From IMG/VR virus record IMGVR_UViG_3300037311_000179: a stretch of DNA of 64,000 nt; one strand, 5' to 3'. How positions within the stretch are numbered: position 1 is the first letter of the stretch; each line of letters starts with the position of its first letter. A program made the position numbers and the translations under genes. The stretch comes from a virus. Shown piece by piece: positions 28,436-38,430 of the stretch. The notes beneath the pieces are model-generated. The model had not been told where the DNA came from. It saw only the letters and a program-made list of their open reading frames with translations, and ran no database searches.

Positions 28436-29209
28436 ATGTCCGAGAAAATGCACCCAATCTACACCGCGATTCAAGATCGCTCTGTGCTCGCATATGCGGG
28501 GCTACGGCCTTGTGGGCTGGAGGAGGTTCTTTGTGCAGCTATTGTTGATCCCTCGAATGCAGAAGACGCAGAAGATGAGCTCGGCGTTACTCGGATGCCG
28601 CACTCGCTCTGTGATTTTCTAGAACGACTAGGCGCAAAAGGCGTTGATGTCGCTCTGGAAGTAACATCTCAATGGACAATGAATCGAGATCAGCCGTGGC
28701 AGGCGATTCGTCAGATCGTCGCCTGGGATCGAATGCTAGGCGTGTGGTGCGTCTGCCAAGCTGCTCGCGAAACTCTCAAATTCATCCCAGAAAATGAAGA
28801 TCGTCCGCGCGTTGCTATTGAGAGCGCCGAACTGTGGGTGACTGGCAAAGCGACTATGTCCCAATTGAGAAAGGCATCTGAAGACGCCAGCCGATCATCC
28901 GTTACATTCCCCGCCGCCTCAGCTTCCGCCTACGCTGCCGATGCTGCCTCCTACGCTGCCGATGCTGCCGTAGCTACGAATGTCATTGATGCCGTGAATT
29001 CTGCATCCAGCGCTCTCCAATCGGTTTGCTATGCCCTCGTACCCAATCCTCCGCGTCGCATCTTCAACAGAGGTATTTCGGCGATTGTATACGGCAGGAA
29101 AAGCGACCCCGACAGCAGACCCAGCGATGAGGAAGAGGCTGCCGTAAAGTCAGCGCTACTCTGTATTTCGAAAGCGATCGCCAATGCCTGCATGACGTTT
29201 CCGAGGTGA
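28436..29209 (+). CDS. Imm5-like domain paralog family protein
   Basis: MSEKMHPIYT, NEDRPRVAIESAELW, ACMTFPR. Confidence 0.75.
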   Translation: MSEKMHPIYTAIQDRSVLAYAGLRPCGLEEVLCAAIVDPSNAEDAEDELGVTRMPHSLCDFLERLGAKGVDVALEVTSQWTMNRDQPWQAIRQIVAWDRMLGVWCVCQAARETLKFIPENEDRPRVAIESAELWVTGKATMSQLRKASEDASRSSVTFPAASASAYAADAASYAADAAVATNVIDAVNSASSALQSVCYALVPNPPRRIFNRGISAIVYGRKSDPDSRPSDEEEAAVKSALLCISKAIANACMTFPR

Positions 29210-29213
29210 TCCA

Positions 29214-29834
29214 ATGTTTGAGAAAATGCACGACACATTCACCTTCGTGCCGGAGCGATCGTATCGCGCTTTTAGGCGATACGATCGTTTGTCAGAGCTT
29301 TTGAGAGCACTCACGATCGATCCAGACGAAGCCGGAGACATCGGCGCACTGTCACCTTCTCGCAAACGCCGATACAGGTATTCGTGGACGATGTTCAGAG
29401 AGCGAGGAGCCGCCTCGCTGGATGCCGCCATCCACACGACTTCTCAATGGATTGCCACCCAATCTGAAGCATCCACTGCGATAGTACAGGTCACGTCATG
29501 GTATCACCGAGCAGGCGTATGGATCGCGTACTGTTTGGCCAAGAGGCATCTAGATCATGGCGAGAAGGATGAGTACTTCGACGGCCTCAAAATCTCGATG
29601 GATATCGTAAGTCGCTGGATTGAAAAGAAGAGCCTTCCATCTCCAATTGAGAGATATCAATCCCAGGCAAGAGGAACCGTATCCGGCTTGATTTCCAGAG
29701 ATCTCATGTTGACCGTCTTAGATCCATATACGACAGGCGCTTTCGCCCGAAGAGCATTCGATATCCCATACCCTCAGCCATACAACAATACGATACTTTG
29801 GATGTCTGAGACCTTCTTGGCCTATCCTCGATAG
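29214..29834 (+). CDS. paralog family protein (divergent)
   Basis: ALTIDPDEAGD, AAIHTTSQW, WYHRAGVWIAY, LAYPR end. Confidence 0.65.
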   Translation: MFEKMHDTFTFVPERSYRAFRRYDRLSELLRALTIDPDEAGDIGALSPSRKRRYRYSWTMFRERGAASLDAAIHTTSQWIATQSEASTAIVQVTSWYHRAGVWIAYCLAKRHLDHGEKDEYFDGLKISMDIVSRWIEKKSLPSPIERYQSQARGTVSGLISRDLMLTVLDPYTTGAFARRAFDIPYPQPYNNTILWMSETFLAYPR

Positions 29835-29837
29835 GCC

Positions 29838-30530
29838 ATGCACCAGAGGTCATTCCATATCGATTCGCTCGCAAATTTGATGCAGGATTACTACGCCTCT
29901 GTGTACGGAGGCAGATCGCGCGGCGCTACGTGGAAGGACTTCGAGGATATCGGGCCGGAAGCGCTCGAAGCCGCATACCAGACCGTGAGTCAATGGGTGG
30001 AATTTCGCGCGGGGAACCGCGAGTCATCTGCGGCAAAGCTCGTCTACGACGATGCTTACGACAGCGCGCAGATGAGCACGATCTACCAGCTTGCGGAATG
30101 GGACCCGCGTCTAGCAGTCTGGTGCGTCTTTCAAGTAGCAGACAACAACCGGCTCCTTGTCAGAACTCATCCGTTGGTGAAACACTTGCTGAACTTGGTC
30201 CATGCGTGGTGCGAATCAGATCCGCGCTCCGTGCAATGGAATCAGGATCATCCTCACGGCGCCCATTTCCGACATCTGATCTCTCAGGCATCCCGCGTGA
30301 ATCCAAGCGTTGATTCCGAGAATCACGCGATCTCCGCTGTTGGATTCCTGTCCACCGCTGCGTTTGTAATTTCCAACCCCACGCCCGGAGAAGACGTAGG
30401 GTACTTCCTCCAGCATGCGCTGATTCGCTCCGCTCGGCTACGTGTTGAAGTCCAGGGATGGACGTACCGGAAGAGCATCTACAACATCATGAGGATCGTA
30501 CGAGACGCCTGCCTCATTGCTCCGCTCTGA
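29838..30530 (+). CDS. paralog family protein (divergent)
   Basis: GPEALEAAYQTVSQW, WDPRLAVWCVFQ, RDACLIAPL end. Confidence 0.6.
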   Translation: MHQRSFHIDSLANLMQDYYASVYGGRSRGATWKDFEDIGPEALEAAYQTVSQWVEFRAGNRESSAAKLVYDDAYDSAQMSTIYQLAEWDPRLAVWCVFQVADNNRLLVRTHPLVKHLLNLVHAWCESDPRSVQWNQDHPHGAHFRHLISQASRVNPSVDSENHAISAVGFLSTAAFVISNPTPGEDVGYFLQHALIRSARLRVEVQGWTYRKSIYNIMRIVRDACLIAPL

Positions 30531-30547
30531 GATGAGCAGGCTACGCT

Positions 30548-31306
30548 TTGCCGGTGGACGCCGCCAATCTGCCATTTCGTGTGCCTGATTCTTGGACTCC
30601 CGCGCAGCGGATCGAGTACCTCGAAGGGTTGGTGCAGCTCGGGATCGACGACGGTCAGGTGTGCCGCACCGCCGCGCTGATCGCTGAAGCCTTCGCCGAC
30701 AGGACCGGCAAAGACCGCGAGATCCGTATCGCCGACGCGATCCTTCGGTACGTGCAGACGCAGGTCCCGTACGTGGCCGACCCGAACGACGAGGAGTGGT
30801 ACCAGGGCCCGGTCTACACCCTGGCCTACGGAGGAGATTGCGAGGACCTTTCCGTGCTGGTCGCCGCGCTCTCCCGCTGTGCTGGTCTCCAAGCGGATGT
30901 ACACTGGATTGACCAGCCAAATGCGCGCCTGAACCACGTCGTTTCACGAATCGAGATCGACGGTGTAGAATTGTTCGCAGACGCATCGATCACAACCGCG
31001 TTTCTCGGAGAACATCCCCACGACGCGGTCAACCGCTCTCAGCAGTTCGACCGACTCGGACTGTCACCAAGCAGGAGTTCCACCATGACGTTCCCAATGC
31101 CGACCGACACGCGCACCCGCTCCGCAGGACAGGGAGATCCCCCGCCGCGAGCGACTCCCCCGGCCCGCCCCGAACACGGGTACGACCCGAGCTCGGCCGA
31201 CTACGCGCGCGAGATGCGCCTCAAGAGCCTGAACGCCATGCGCGTCGCGGGGATCACGTTCGCGGTCGGCGTCCTCGCGGGCGCTACCTACCGCGCGTTG
31301 CGCTGA
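30548..31306 (+). CDS. transglutaminase-like (Cys-His-Asp) protein with C-terminal anchor
   Basis: ILRYVQTQVPYVADP, GGDCEDLSVLVAAL, NHVVSRIEIDG..ADAS; TTG start uncertain. Confidence 0.75.
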   Translation: MPVDAANLPFRVPDSWTPAQRIEYLEGLVQLGIDDGQVCRTAALIAEAFADRTGKDREIRIADAILRYVQTQVPYVADPNDEEWYQGPVYTLAYGGDCEDLSVLVAALSRCAGLQADVHWIDQPNARLNHVVSRIEIDGVELFADASITTAFLGEHPHDAVNRSQQFDRLGLSPSRSSTMTFPMPTDTRTRSAGQGDPPPRATPPARPEHGYDPSSADYAREMRLKSLNAMRVAGITFAVGVLAGATYRALR

Positions 31307-31389
31307 TCTTCGCTGGCTCGATCGTTTGAAAACAGCTCGGACTGAGATCCGAGCGATCCTTCAACCCTCCACGTTCAAAGGCAATCCCA

Positions 31390-31590
31390 ATGGCACAGTA
31401 CCTTCCCGCGAACAAGTCCTCCGGCCTGCTCTTCCCGTCGTCGAGCGACCCCTACCAGCCGAGCGCAGGCATCAAGTACGCGCCCGGCGAAGTGCTCAGC
31501 CTGACGGCCGTCGGCGGCATCGCCTTCTCGGCGGGGTTCAACGTCGGCTCGCTCGTCGTCGATCTCGTCCAGCGCGCTCGGGGCAAGTGA
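31390..31590 (+). CDS. small hypothetical (possibly structural) protein
   Basis: 66 aa, biased codon usage, hydrophobic C-terminal half. Confidence 0.5.
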   Translation: MAQYLPANKSSGLLFPSSSDPYQPSAGIKYAPGEVLSLTAVGGIAFSAGFNVGSLVVDLVQRARGK

Positions 31591-31640
31591 GCGTTTCCCC
31601 TGGGTGGGGGTCGGGCATCGCGCACTAAGCTCTCGGGAGC

Positions 31641-33662
31641 ATGAAGAACCGGAGCGCACGATCCCGCACGCAGTCTTCGCCGAGCTCCCCGAGCGGTCAG
31701 TCGAAGTCGAACTACAGGGGGACTTCGACGCCAAATGCTGACCTCGTCGACCTGTTGCAAGGACGCGAGGCAGACGCTCTTGTCCAGTCAACGAGCGTTC
31801 GAATCAAGCTCGGCTCGATGACGAACGATCAGTTCGTGACCGGCATTTTGCCCGCGAGCAATCGCGTTGCGCTCGCCGCGACCTCTCCGCTCGATCTCCG
31901 AGAGTTCGACGCGATCGAAGCGCAGATTCGGGCCTCCGGTCTCCGAGGCGGACTGATCGGCATTCCATTCGGGGGATCGTCCCCATTCGGCCCGCGCCTT
32001 TCTGCCCAGAGCGGGGAGATCTTCCTGCGGTACGAGCGCTGCGAGATTCCTGCGATCAGAGCCAACGGCTCGTCCATGTGGCAGCCAGAGATCGTGAACG
32101 TTCAATGGCGAGCGACGACCCGTCGAGGAACCACTGGCTCTGGCACGGTCGCTCACTTCGCAGATCTCGAAGTGGCCCGAAACTGGGCTCAGTACGCGAA
32201 AGCCCTCGCGAACGACGAATACAAACTCGCGATTCTGAACTACATCAGTCCGAATGCCGGACAGGCCGGACTCGAATACTTCATCGCGCAGCACGAGTAC
32301 GTGTACGATTGCTTCCACGCCATCGCGCAGTTCTTCAATTCCCTGAACATTCCCTGGTACACGCACCCGGCATCCCGCGACCTGTATCGACGATGGCTCG
32401 CAGGTCGCTTCGCAGGTGGCGATTCGGTTTTGTTCAATCCGAGAACGGACTACAACGAGCAGCACTGGTACTCGAAGGCGTTTCTCACCGACGAGCGCGA
32501 CCCACTTCGCATCCGTCCCCTTCTGACGTCGCCCACGCCGGATGAGCGATACGGGATCATCCCGCGCGAAATTCGAGAAAAGTGGAACAGATTCGGCTCG
32601 AAGCCTGGGGAAAATGACCAGTTCCCAATCGAGTTCCGACAGCGTGCTGGCATCGCTCTGAAGAAGCTCGATGGTCGGTGGCTATTGCCAGACAACGATG
32701 CTCCAGTGGATTACCAAGACAACGTCTTGAACGAAGCCTTCGTGATCCCGTTCTCTCTCGACTTCAACGCGATCATCGCGACAGGTCGGGCTGAACCGGC
32801 GACGCTGCCACGCGATCGAATGCTGGATTTCATTGCTCGCCTCGACGGCGGCGATGTGATCGATGAGGATCGCTGGGGCAACACTGCCTCCGTTTCGCAT
32901 CGCATCGGACGAGTCTCCGACTGGCGCACCTACGCATGGGACGATCGCATCAGCTTCGGATTCCCTCCTTGGCAAGCGGCGGCACCTCTCGAAATGTACC
33001 TCCGCTGGGCTCGCGAATGGGCAGACATCATCGCGGCGGCCGATCCTGCGCAGGTTCTTTCCGATTCTCGCGTGAACGTGATCCGAACGAATTTCCAATG
33101 GACCGAGTCGCTCGGTCCAGAGGGGTTCAATCGAGCGGCTTCAACGGCGGACACGCGGGCCGAGCGCGAGGGTAAAGGCTCAGACGTTCTGTCGGCCGTC
33201 TCAGCCCTCACCGGCGTGACGAGCTCTGCGATTCCCGTTGTCGGATCGATCATCGGAGGCGTGGTCTCGGGCGGCCTGAACCTCATCAACCAGTTCGTGA
33301 GGACGGGCCCGCCACGCTCGACGTCGCGCGACGACCTCGGGCGATGGAAGCCGAAGTTCGAACGCGCGTACCTGGGCGGAGATCCGCTTTCGACCGTTCC
33401 GGCAGAAGGTGTGCCTCTCCATCGAGTCGCGACGCTGCCTGGATTCTGCCGGACGAAGATCCCAGTGCCGCCTTCGGATCTGCCGCCAGAGCAAGAGCCT
33501 CCGAACCGAGACGGGCCTCCTGATCGCCGCGAGCCGGATGCAGAAGACGGCGAATCGCCGAGCGCTATTCGCACGGTGGCGGTCGTCGCACTGGGTCTCG
33601 CTGCGATTGGAGGAGGGTACGCGCTCTATCTTCAATCGAAGAAAGGTCGAGGCAAACCGTGA
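31641..33662 (+). CDS. large membrane-anchored hypothetical protein
   Basis: 673 aa; C-terminal helix VAVVALGLAAIGGGYALYL followed by basic tail. Confidence 0.7.
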   Translation: MKNRSARSRTQSSPSSPSGQSKSNYRGTSTPNADLVDLLQGREADALVQSTSVRIKLGSMTNDQFVTGILPASNRVALAATSPLDLREFDAIEAQIRASGLRGGLIGIPFGGSSPFGPRLSAQSGEIFLRYERCEIPAIRANGSSMWQPEIVNVQWRATTRRGTTGSGTVAHFADLEVARNWAQYAKALANDEYKLAILNYISPNAGQAGLEYFIAQHEYVYDCFHAIAQFFNSLNIPWYTHPASRDLYRRWLAGRFAGGDSVLFNPRTDYNEQHWYSKAFLTDERDPLRIRPLLTSPTPDERYGIIPREIREKWNRFGSKPGENDQFPIEFRQRAGIALKKLDGRWLLPDNDAPVDYQDNVLNEAFVIPFSLDFNAIIATGRAEPATLPRDRMLDFIARLDGGDVIDEDRWGNTASVSHRIGRVSDWRTYAWDDRISFGFPPWQAAAPLEMYLRWAREWADIIAAADPAQVLSDSRVNVIRTNFQWTESLGPEGFNRAASTADTRAEREGKGSDVLSAVSALTGVTSSAIPVVGSIIGGVVSGGLNLINQFVRTGPPRSTSRDDLGRWKPKFERAYLGGDPLSTVPAEGVPLHRVATLPGFCRTKIPVPPSDLPPEQEPPNRDGPPDRREPDAEDGESPSAIRTVAVVALGLAAIGGGYALYLQSKKGRGKP

Positions 33663-34621
33663 CCTACATTGAGCGTCGATGCCAAGGCGGTTGTTTCAAC
33701 CCCTCGTGCAATTCCATCAACTGCTCAGGTGACTGCACCACAACCAAGCCAGCAGGAGCTTCAAGAATGTCTCAGCGAGGCAAGCGCAACCCACGTATCC
33801 AGAACCAGTCACCGACGTTCGCGTACTCGGTTGCTTCACTCAAAGTCGAAGACGACGACGTGCAGTCGGAGATCGACTCGATTCCTGGCATGAGCAACCG
33901 AGGGCTTTCGCCTCCGGTGGTTCCTGCGGGTCAATCGAGCCCGACAGGGGTGATGACCCAGTCCGAGATCGTCGGGCTCGCGGTCCGTCGCGGACTCACG
34001 TTCCCAGAGGTGATCTGGGTCGTCCTGTCCGCTCGTTCGATTCCGAACGCGACGGTCGAGCAGGTGTCTTCGATCATCGAGGCGATCGGAGGGAACACGA
34101 GCGAGGTGGTCCAGATCCAGCAGTGGCTCGATCGGTATCCTCCGTTCGCAACGCTCGGAGACGCCATCGCTCGCTTCGACACGGATGCGAACAGCGGCAC
34201 TCGCGGAGGGATGAAAACCCTCAACTTCGCCTACGTTCCCGTCGCGGACACCTCGGTGCCGTATCGGCCATCGGGACAGGGCGCGCCGGGGGCCGGACCA
34301 TCCCCCACCGAGGTGATCGGGATCGCGATCAATCGCGGCGCGGACGCCGCGAACAACCTGATCCGCGAGGCGAACGCGACGCGCCGCGCCGAGATCGAAG
34401 CGGAAGCTCGTGTGGCGCTCGCGGAGATCGCGCAGCGCAACGGTGGTCAGCTCCCGAACTCGGGGCAGGACGCGCAGACCGCGGCCATCCTCCAAGCTCT
34501 CATGGCGACCCTCGCGAGCAGCAACCGTCCAGCGCCGGACAGGACAGCGCTGTACGTGGGCGGCGCTGTCGCTGTCGCAGCCATCGCCGGAGTCACCATC
34601 TACTTCGCTACCAGAAAGTGA
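33659..34621 (+). CDS. membrane-anchored hypothetical protein
   Basis: Cys-rich N-terminus, KRNP, C-terminal helix ALYVGGAVAVAAIAGVTIYF. Confidence 0.65.
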   Translation: MTYIERRCQGGCFNPSCNSINCSGDCTTTKPAGASRMSQRGKRNPRIQNQSPTFAYSVASLKVEDDDVQSEIDSIPGMSNRGLSPPVVPAGQSSPTGVMTQSEIVGLAVRRGLTFPEVIWVVLSARSIPNATVEQVSSIIEAIGGNTSEVVQIQQWLDRYPPFATLGDAIARFDTDANSGTRGGMKTLNFAYVPVADTSVPYRPSGQGAPGAGPSPTEVIGIAINRGADAANNLIREANATRRAEIEAEARVALAEIAQRNGGQLPNSGQDAQTAAILQALMATLASSNRPAPDRTALYVGGAVAVAAIAGVTIYFATRK

Positions 34622-34630
34622 TCGCCTGCG

Positions 34631-35686
34631 ATGTATCCAAATCGTTCTGACATGACCTCCCCGACCTGGGGAGACTTCTGGATGATCGTGATCGGACCGG
34701 ACGGCAAAGCCGGTCTCGTCGAGCACGTTGGGTTCGCGACGCTCGTGCAAGTCCAGCTCATGCTGGAAAACGGCACGCTCGCATCCGACGTCGTCCCCGG
34801 ATACGGAGCTCTCGGATCGGCTCGCACGCGAGCTGATGGCGTTTGGGGCGCGCTGACCCTTCGGCAGCTCTATGCGTACGTCAACGAGAACGCCGCTGCG
34901 ATCGGGCTGTCTGCGGATTTCAAGCAGATCGCCCTGTCGGTGATCCTTGGCGATCTCCGAGCACGTCGCGTCTCCGAGATGCTCGTGTACATCGCATTCG
35001 TCCTCTGCTACTTCCGACGTCGAGCAGTTCGCCGTCGAACGGATGCAGGGGTGCAGCGCGAGATCACCGAGCCGCTGATCCCTGTGATCCCGACGGGGAT
35101 CTCTGGCGGCATGGTCTCCTCGGGAGAGAACCCGCGATTCGTGTCGTTCTTGCAGCGTCTTCCGTTCCCCGCGGGCGACGCGCAGATCGTCTCGGTTCTG
35201 CCTCGATACGTCGAGCTCAACAACAGCTTCCCGATCCCGCCCGCGTACATTCAGCGCGAGGCCGAAGAGATCGGCTACAAGGTTCCTGGCACGAACCGAA
35301 ATGCCCCGCCCGGACCGTATACGCTCCGCCAGGGCGAGAACTCTCCGATCTTGCTCCCTGGGTCGTCGAGCAGCCCTCGAACGACTCCTCCGCTGGGACA
35401 GATCGTCGACGGACGCACGCAGCCGCCCCAGCCTCAGCCGCCGGAGCCGGAGCCCGCACGGCCGCCGGAGCCCACGGAGCCAGTGCCCCAGCCGAACCGA
35501 GACTTGGATCGGCCAGCCAATCCCGGATTCCTGGCGACCAGCGCTGCGACGCTCGGACGCAACCTGCCGCTCATCGGCGGCGCGATCTTGGCACTCGGTG
35601 CCCTCGCGTACGTGGGCACGCTGCTCAGCAAAGACGTGAACAAGCCGCCGCAGCGGCCGATGGTTCCGCCGCCGCGCCGTCGCTGA
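34631..35686 (+). CDS. membrane-anchored protein with peptidoglycan-binding-like motif
   Basis: RADGVWGALTLRQL; Pro-rich linker; helix LPLIGGAILALGALAYV. Confidence 0.6.
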   Translation: MYPNRSDMTSPTWGDFWMIVIGPDGKAGLVEHVGFATLVQVQLMLENGTLASDVVPGYGALGSARTRADGVWGALTLRQLYAYVNENAAAIGLSADFKQIALSVILGDLRARRVSEMLVYIAFVLCYFRRRAVRRRTDAGVQREITEPLIPVIPTGISGGMVSSGENPRFVSFLQRLPFPAGDAQIVSVLPRYVELNNSFPIPPAYIQREAEEIGYKVPGTNRNAPPGPYTLRQGENSPILLPGSSSSPRTTPPLGQIVDGRTQPPQPQPPEPEPARPPEPTEPVPQPNRDLDRPANPGFLATSAATLGRNLPLIGGAILALGALAYVGTLLSKDVNKPPQRPMVPPPRRR

Positions 35687-35744
35687 TGTCGTCTTGGAGG
35701 GGGAGGGCCATTCTATGCTCTGTGGCAACCACAGGAGATGCTGA

Positions 35745-36125
35745 ATGGCCGCTGACTGCTGCGACAACTGCAAAGAAGGAAAAGTGTGCTGCTCTGTCGA
35801 GGAGCATTCGCACTCGACGCCTGCCCGCCAGCGCGGAGGCAACCCGCGCACTCGGCGAACGCGATTCGTCTCGAACCCAACCGTCGACGTCGGCCCGCTT
35901 GCGGATGCTCTTCGATCCGAGCAGATCGCCGCGTCGGCTCGTGTCGACAGCTCGATGGCGGTTCGAGAGAACCCAAGCGGGCAGGGCACCGAAACAGTCC
36001 AGGACGGCCAGCAGGGGCTCACGCGAGCGCAGCAGCAGCGGAAGATGCTCCTGCAAGCGGCTGGCGTCGTCGCGATCGGCGGCGGCCTCGTCCTCGGCTA
36101 CATGGCGTGGAAGCGCATGCGCTGA
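35745..36125 (+). CDS. small membrane-anchored protein
   Basis: GGAG SD; Cys cluster; GGNP, SNP, RENP motifs; C-terminal helix. Confidence 0.65.
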   Translation: MAADCCDNCKEGKVCCSVEEHSHSTPARQRGGNPRTRRTRFVSNPTVDVGPLADALRSEQIAASARVDSSMAVRENPSGQGTETVQDGQQGLTRAQQQRKMLLQAAGVVAIGGGLVLGYMAWKRMR

Positions 36126-36177
36126 AGGCGTCTGAGCTTTCTCACATCCGTCACCACATCGATCTTCGGAGTCATCC

Positions 36178-36831
36178 ATGGCGATCAATCAGAGTCTTCC
36201 TCCCAGCTTCGCAGTCGCAGACGCAACGCGAAATTGGTTTCTCGTCGACGGCACCCCTCTCGCCTATTCCCCGCGCGAAATCATCTCGACGGCGCAGGCG
36301 GTCGTCGACGTCGGGATCGATGGCAATTGGGGTACCGGCACATCGGACGCCCTGATCGCCGAGGCCCGTCGTCGATCGTTTCCATCCAAGTACATCGCGG
36401 CTATCGAGAAGGCGAAAGCCGATCGTCGATTGAACCTCGACGCTTGGAGAGCGGCCATCGCAATCGCCTACACGGTCGCGCCGGATTCGATCTCCTTCGG
36501 AACGCAGACTGGGACGGTCCAACTGCCGCCGTACGGCACGAGAGCACCCGGCAATCTCGTGCAGGGCGCGGAAGGGGACAGCCGTACTCCTCCGCGTCGC
36601 GACAGCGACCTCGCCCGTCCGCCAGCGCCCCGGCCTCCCACAACGAGCATCGTCGCGCTCGGCCTGACCCGAAACCAGCTCATCGTCGCGGGCGTTGCGA
36701 CGCTGGCCGTCTCTGGCGTCGTCGGATACATGCTCTGGAAGGACAGCCAGAGCCCTTCGAGACCGCAGTTCCCCGCGGGCCGTCGCCTTCCCACGAACGT
36801 TCCTCCGCCGCGAGTTGCGCGTCGTCGCTGA
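36178..36831 (+). CDS. membrane-anchored protein with peptidoglycan-binding-like motif
   Basis: VDVGIDGNWGTGTSDAL; helix LIVAGVATLAVSGVVGYML. Confidence 0.62.
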   Translation: MAINQSLPPSFAVADATRNWFLVDGTPLAYSPREIISTAQAVVDVGIDGNWGTGTSDALIAEARRRSFPSKYIAAIEKAKADRRLNLDAWRAAIAIAYTVAPDSISFGTQTGTVQLPPYGTRAPGNLVQGAEGDSRTPPRRDSDLARPPAPRPPTTSIVALGLTRNQLIVAGVATLAVSGVVGYMLWKDSQSPSRPQFPAGRRLPTNVPPPRVARRR

Positions 36832-36834
36832 GCC

Positions 36835-37500
36835 ATGCAGGTCGCGCCCCTCGATCTCGCCGTTGCTCGTCAGGCAGCTCAAAGGCTGGCCGATGGCAGA
36901 GCCGTGACTGCCGACGAGTACAACGCGATCATCGCGAACCTCGCAGCGCGTTCTGATGCGCTGCTCGGTCCGTACTCGAACAAACACGTCATCGTCGTCC
37001 TCCCGAACAACACCGTCGGATACGCGAGGATCGTCGGAGCTCGGAATCCGAACCTCGACGATCTGCTGCTTCGAGACGAAGATCAGCGTCGCATTTCTGC
37101 TGAGGCGGCTCTCTTCATTTTCGACGTTGCCAGCGCTCTCCGATATTCCGTGAGAACCACGACGGCTCCTACCGGAGTGATCTCTCGCGACGGAGCGGCG
37201 ATCTACGGACCATTCGCAGACAAGACCATCGCGAATCGGTCCGTCGGCGTTTTGACCGATCCGGCAGAGGCGAGGGCTGCTCTGAATATCCTGTCGAGCT
37301 CTGACTCGGAGCTCTTCGCGCGTCGAAGGGAATACATCGATCGCGCGTACGGCCGCTCTTCCGTGACGAAGACTCTTCGACTCGGAGCGGCGATGGGCGG
37401 TGCCTTCGCGATCACAATGACGATCGCATACGTCGTCGCACGGAGAAAGATCGATGCGAGGAAAGCGCAAGAATCCGTCGGGATCTCCCGAGTGGCCTGA
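36835..37500 (+). CDS. membrane-anchored hypothetical protein
   Basis: C-terminal helix LGAAMGGAFAITMTIAYVV. Confidence 0.6.
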   Translation: MQVAPLDLAVARQAAQRLADGRAVTADEYNAIIANLAARSDALLGPYSNKHVIVVLPNNTVGYARIVGARNPNLDDLLLRDEDQRRISAEAALFIFDVASALRYSVRTTTAPTGVISRDGAAIYGPFADKTIANRSVGVLTDPAEARAALNILSSSDSELFARRREYIDRAYGRSSVTKTLRLGAAMGGAFAITMTIAYVVARRKIDARKAQESVGISRVA

Positions 37501-38362
37501 CTACACGTTCGGTCGCGACGTGACGGGACATCCGGGCGGAGAGAGGCCGATCCAGAAGGGCTGGACCTCCGATCCGAGCGACGATCGCATTCTCGAAGAG
37601 GCCCGTCGTCGGTACACGGATCTGCACGGCATCGAGCCGGAGAACGTGTACGAGCAAGTGCTGCCGCCACAGCCGAAGATGCTCGTCGACCTGGGCCCTG
37701 TCACGCGCGTTTGCTACACGAAGCGGATCGTCTCTGATCTGAAGGAGCATCGGCACCTTCCGAGAGAGAAGCGGCCGATCATCCATCCTGAGTATTGCCA
37801 CACGTACGGCGAAGGATGGCCGGAAGGCCGTCATGCCGAGCTGTCTGATCGAGCGTCCGCGACGGAACGAGGGGACCTGTACATCGTGCCTCGCGGCAAT
37901 GTTGTCGTGACGGCCAGAGGAATCGAGGACAAGCCCGTGAAACCGAACAGAGCCGTTCGCGTCAATCCAGATCACTCGCGCCGCAATCCAATCGTCGAGA
38001 TGACGGCGCTCACGCCCGTGAAGGTTCGGGCACCGAGCGCGTTCTCGGTGTTCGTTTCGACGGTGCTCGCAGGAATGATTGGGGCACCGCTGCCGATCAT
38101 TCTCAGGTCGATGCTGCTGCGCGGATCTCCCCTTTCGCCGATGGAGCGGGCGGTCTTCACCGCTTCGGTCAGCGTGCTCAGCGGGCTGATCCTCGGACTG
38201 CGGAATCCGCGTGTAGGAGGCGGGATGGCCGTTGCTGGCTTGACCGTAGGGGGGATGGACGCACTCGAATCGTTGGAAGTGAGTCGACTGCACTCAGAGC
38301 TTCCATCCGCCGCGGAGAGCACGTCCGCTCCCGCGGCGAATGAGCCTCCTCGAAGCACCTGA
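37454..38362 (+). CDS. membrane protein with RKNP/RRNP motifs
   Basis: MRGKRKNPSG start, RRNPIVE, three hydrophobic segments near C-terminus. Confidence 0.6.
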   Translation: MRGKRKNPSGSPEWPDYTFGRDVTGHPGGERPIQKGWTSDPSDDRILEEARRRYTDLHGIEPENVYEQVLPPQPKMLVDLGPVTRVCYTKRIVSDLKEHRHLPREKRPIIHPEYCHTYGEGWPEGRHAELSDRASATERGDLYIVPRGNVVVTARGIEDKPVKPNRAVRVNPDHSRRNPIVEMTALTPVKVRAPSAFSVFVSTVLAGMIGAPLPIILRSMLLRGSPLSPMERAVFTASVSVLSGLILGLRNPRVGGGMAVAGLTVGGMDALESLEVSRLHSELPSAAESTSAPAANEPPRST

Positions 38363-38430
38363 GTGGGTTGCGTTTTAGAAAAGCATCTTCGCCGACTACG
38401 GTCGGGACGTTCCCCACGGAGAATTGAACA

